In this document: piece after piece, positions 61,001 to 64,000 of the stretch
Numbering within the stretch: position 1 is the stretch's first letter
Layout: every line of letters begins with the position of its first letter
Source of the DNA: Tubulanus polymorphus
Taxonomy: Eukaryota > Animalia > Nemertea
DNA length: 64,000 nucleotides
NCBI RefSeq assembly: GCF_964204645.1
Contig: NC_134029.1
Span: 24,484,950-24,548,949 of the forward strand
Direction of reading: 5' to 3'
The notes under the pieces: generated by a model
Told to the model about the DNA's origin: nothing
The model's database searches: none
Seen by the model: the letters and a program-made list of their open reading frames with translations, nothing else
Made by a program: the position numbers and the translations under genes

Positions 61001-64000
61001 AACTACTAACCTCCCTCTTGCTCCAAACTACTAACCTCCCTCTTGCTCTAAACTACTAACCTCCCTCTTGCTCCAAACTACTAACCTCCCTCTTGCTCTA
61101 AACTACTAACCTCCCTCTTGCTCCAAACTACTAACCTCCCTCTTGCTCCAAACTACTAACCTCCCTCTTGCTCTAAACTACTAACCTCCCTCTTGCTCTA
61201 AACTACTAACCTCCCTCTTGCTCTAAACTACTAACCTCCCTCTTGCTCTAAACTACTAACCTCCCTCTTGCTCCAAACTACTAACCTCCCTCTTGCTCCA
61301 AACTACTAACCTCCCTCTTGCTCCAAACTACTAACCTCCCTCTTGCTCTAAACTACTAACCTCCCTCTTGCTCTAAACTACTAACCTCCCTCTTGCTCTA
61401 AACTACTAACCTCCCTCTTGCTCCAAACTACTAACCTCCCTCTTGCTCTAAACTGCTAACCTCCCTCTTGCTCCAAACTACTAACCTCCCTCTTGCTCCA
61501 AACTACTAACCTCCCTCTTGCTCCAAACTACTAACCTCCCTCTTGCTCTAAACTACTAACCTCCCTCTAACTCTAAACTACTAACCTCCCTCTTGCTCCA
61601 AACTACTAACCTCCCTCTTGCTCTAAACTACTAACCTCCCTCTTGCTCTAAACTACTAACCTCCCTCTAACTCTAAACTACTAACCTCCCTCTTGCTCCA
61701 AACTACTAACCTCCCTCTTGCTCTAAACTACTAACCTCCCTCTTGCTCTAAACTACTAACCTCCCCTCAACTCTCAACAATAACAAACTCCCTCTACACT
61801 ACCCCACCCCTCAACTCTAACCCACTACCACGCCTTACTTACTATCACAGTATTTCAAGTGTTTTTCGGTCATATCGAATTGTAACGGAGCTGAATTAGG
61901 AGCAGCACCAGCGCCAGCAGCTGCAGAGTCTTTACTACCAAACTTCATCATTCCAACTCCACCGCGACCTTGAACTACGATCGTATCAATAATCGTTAAA
62001 TTATTCCTGAAATAGAAATTATCGCTTATAAAGCATGCCCCCTGGTGGTAGTTCGGCACACTACGAGGGAAGATGACGAACCTGACGATGATAAGAGTCG
62101 TTCTTGACGATGGATCTTTCGGTTGAAATCCGATTTTAACGTTTAATTTACTTCCAGGATCGAGCATCGCCGAAATACTGTTGTGATGTGGTTTTACTCC
62201 GAGAGTATTCTCGATCAGTTTCTGATATCCGATCACCGGTTTATTCTTCTGAAATAACGAGACCCGCAAAATATCATAGTATCGCCCTCTACTGGTCGCA
62301 GTAAACACTGATCTTTATATCGCCCCCTACTGGTGGCAGTTAACACTACTTACCTGATCATACATTTCAGATCCTTGTAAAGTAAATATTTCATCATCTT
62401 CAGTTTCGATAAAATCTGTTGTATCTTTCGGTAACCTTAAAAAAAGAATATAAGTTTAAAACTTGCCACGAGATTTCAGGTTTAAAACTTCAGCGTTGAG
62501 TAACTTACTTCAATTGTGTCATATCTAGAATAGTATGAGGACTTGGATAACTGGATAGTGGTAATACTTGTATCAGAACGGGAATATCACCAGGATTCTC
62601 TATTACAAACTCTGATACCTAAAAAATAAACAAGCATCTACATAATTAAAATACTTAGTTTAAGAGGATTCTTCAGTTATAATTTTGAATAAATTCTATT
62701 TCAAAACGATAGTGGGTTTTATATATGACATTAGAAATGTCGAAATTAAAGTGATCTATTCTAGACCCATGCCTGCCTGCCCCCTAGTGGATGCCTCTCG
62801 CCTGCCCCCTAGTGGATACCTCTCGTACCCTCCTAGTTGATTCCTCTCGCCCACCCCCTAGTGGATTCCTCTCGTACTCCCCTAGTGGATTCCTCTCACA
62901 CTCCCCAAGTGGATTCCTCTCACACTCCCCAAGTGGATTCATCTCACATTTCAAATCTACCACTTACCGATGTATTTCCTATCTGTGTGAGTGGAAACTT
63001 AAGTCGAGATGTTTTTCTAATAAGTGGCGGCCAGTGTAAATGCGCGTGGGCCGGAAATAAAAAACCTCGCACTTGATTTGTATCTAGTTGTATCGTAACG
63101 TTTATTCTGAAATAACAAACAACCAAATAATTCTATAACATTTCTTCTTTTTCGATTAAATTTTGGATCTGATTTGAATACAGTCAAACCCGCTTAATCC
63201 GATCGGCTAAATCCGGACCAGCTTAATCCAAAACTGCTTAATCGGGATTGGCTTAATCGGGATTGGCTTAATCCGGATTGCCTTAATCCGATCGGCTTAA
63301 TTCAGATTTTGGTCTAATCCGGACAATATTTCCGGTCCATTCGATCATTAATATTCAGGAAGATAATTTTCAATCAGGATTTCCGAAAAACCGCATGAAT
63401 TTTGTCGCATACAAAATGATCAGAATTAAGCGGATTCAACTGTATTATGTTCTGTAGCGCGGTCTGCGGAAATCGCGAACCCGGTCTGGATTAGATAGGA
63501 GGGGAGGGGGGTGAAAACCTGTAAACCAATACAGTTTTATTGAGCATCTGTTTCCCACCAGAAATAAAACATGCATTTACAATCAAACTCGTCGCTTCAG
63601 TCATCACTATTTCTTAATCCCAATTTGTGTTTGAAATTCACTTGACTAAATGAAAGTCACCATTTGGATAAGAGTCGAGACATTACTGAAATTATTTCCA
63701 AGTCTCAATTCGTATTTGTAATTCCATAAATTATCAGTTTGATGAGTGATGAATGTAATAATGATTGTCTTAAATCTGATGACTTAAAGCAGCGAGTTTA
63801 ACTGTATCTATATACAGCATATATCATCATCATCATCATCACCAGAAACTCTTACCCTAAATAATACTCAGAATCAGTTCTGCAAAAAATACGCTCATTT
63901 TTACTCTAAAATCATTTCAATTATGTTCACATAAATTCGAGCGATTCAGACTCAGTCACAGCGTGTAGTTGTGAAGTGAAGTGAATTGTAACTTACGTAG
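52066..64000 (-). CDS. TMEM131: Transmembrane protein 131, 3' half (5' part lies beyond the window)
   Basis: Exons encode RNNLTIIDTIVVQGRGG..LQFDMTEKHLKYC (62006-61840), LPNFTVKRPFIIKNSGELP..CEGFGFRVLNCEGF (59249-59054) and FTPDFTMSR..LQATLPAHMLTRCSAALPRPPWE plus a TM helix (58630-57702). These are followed by basic and Q/S/P-rich low-complexity exons ending FDPFNPLANIWGP..NEGSD* at 52066. Confidence 0.9.
54998..55140. repeat. 27-bp tandem repeat, ~4 copies, decaying into ggtca/ggtcg pentamers
   Basis: gcaagacctctataggcaggtcaggtc repeated. Confidence 0.85.
55968..56255. mobile_element. piggyBac-like MITE, family B copy 4 (full length)
   Basis: TTAA-ccctttcagtgc ... gcactgaaaggg-TTAA, perfect 12-nt TIRs. 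Confidence 0.9.
56535..56938. repeat. 20-bp minisatellite family C, ~20 copies
   Basis: tccagaactgtggaactgga repeated. Confidence 0.9.
59300..61767. repeat. 25-bp satellite, ~98 copies, filling a TMEM131 intron
   Basis: aactactaacctccctcttgctc(t/c)a repeated. Confidence 0.97.
62776..62946. repeat. ~25-bp degenerate tandem repeat carrying gccccctagtgg
   Basis: cctgccccctagtggat..ctctcg, ~7 progressively decaying copies. Confidence 0.8.
63181..63442. mobile_element. pogo/Tigger (Tc1-mariner)-like MITE
   Basis: TA-cagtcaaacccgcttaat ... attaagcggattcaactg-TA, with internal reiterated gcttaatccgga motifs. Confidence 0.75.

Overview
AT-rich, intron-containing animal DNA. An invertebrate, probably lophotrochozoan, origin is an inference from gene style and composition. 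From left to right the window holds: the 3' part of an intronless class-A GPCR (+); a 4-exon SLC16/MCT-like transporter (-); a deleted remnant of a second MCT copy; a second paralogous GPCR (+); a multi-exon sorting nexin SNX25-like gene (-, PXA-RGS-PX-Nexin_C); head-to-head with it, a ~26-kb MTUS1/MTUS2(ATIP)-like gene (+) with an N-terminal CAP-Gly domain and several alternative first exons; and the 3' half of TMEM131 (-). Introns carry many minisatellites and short TIR elements (piggyBac-, Harbinger- and pogo-like MITEs). The most striking object is a ~4.8-kb inverted structure (44738-49559) that fills the gap between the candidate poly(A) signals of the two convergent genes. It has two oppositely oriented arrays of a 39-bp unit, each unit resembling a full CTCF site (core plus upstream motif). 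The arrays surround a tandem array of ~75-bp tRNA-like B-box units and a nested hairpin with the same termini. Exon coordinates were read by eye and may be off by a few nt. No database search was run.
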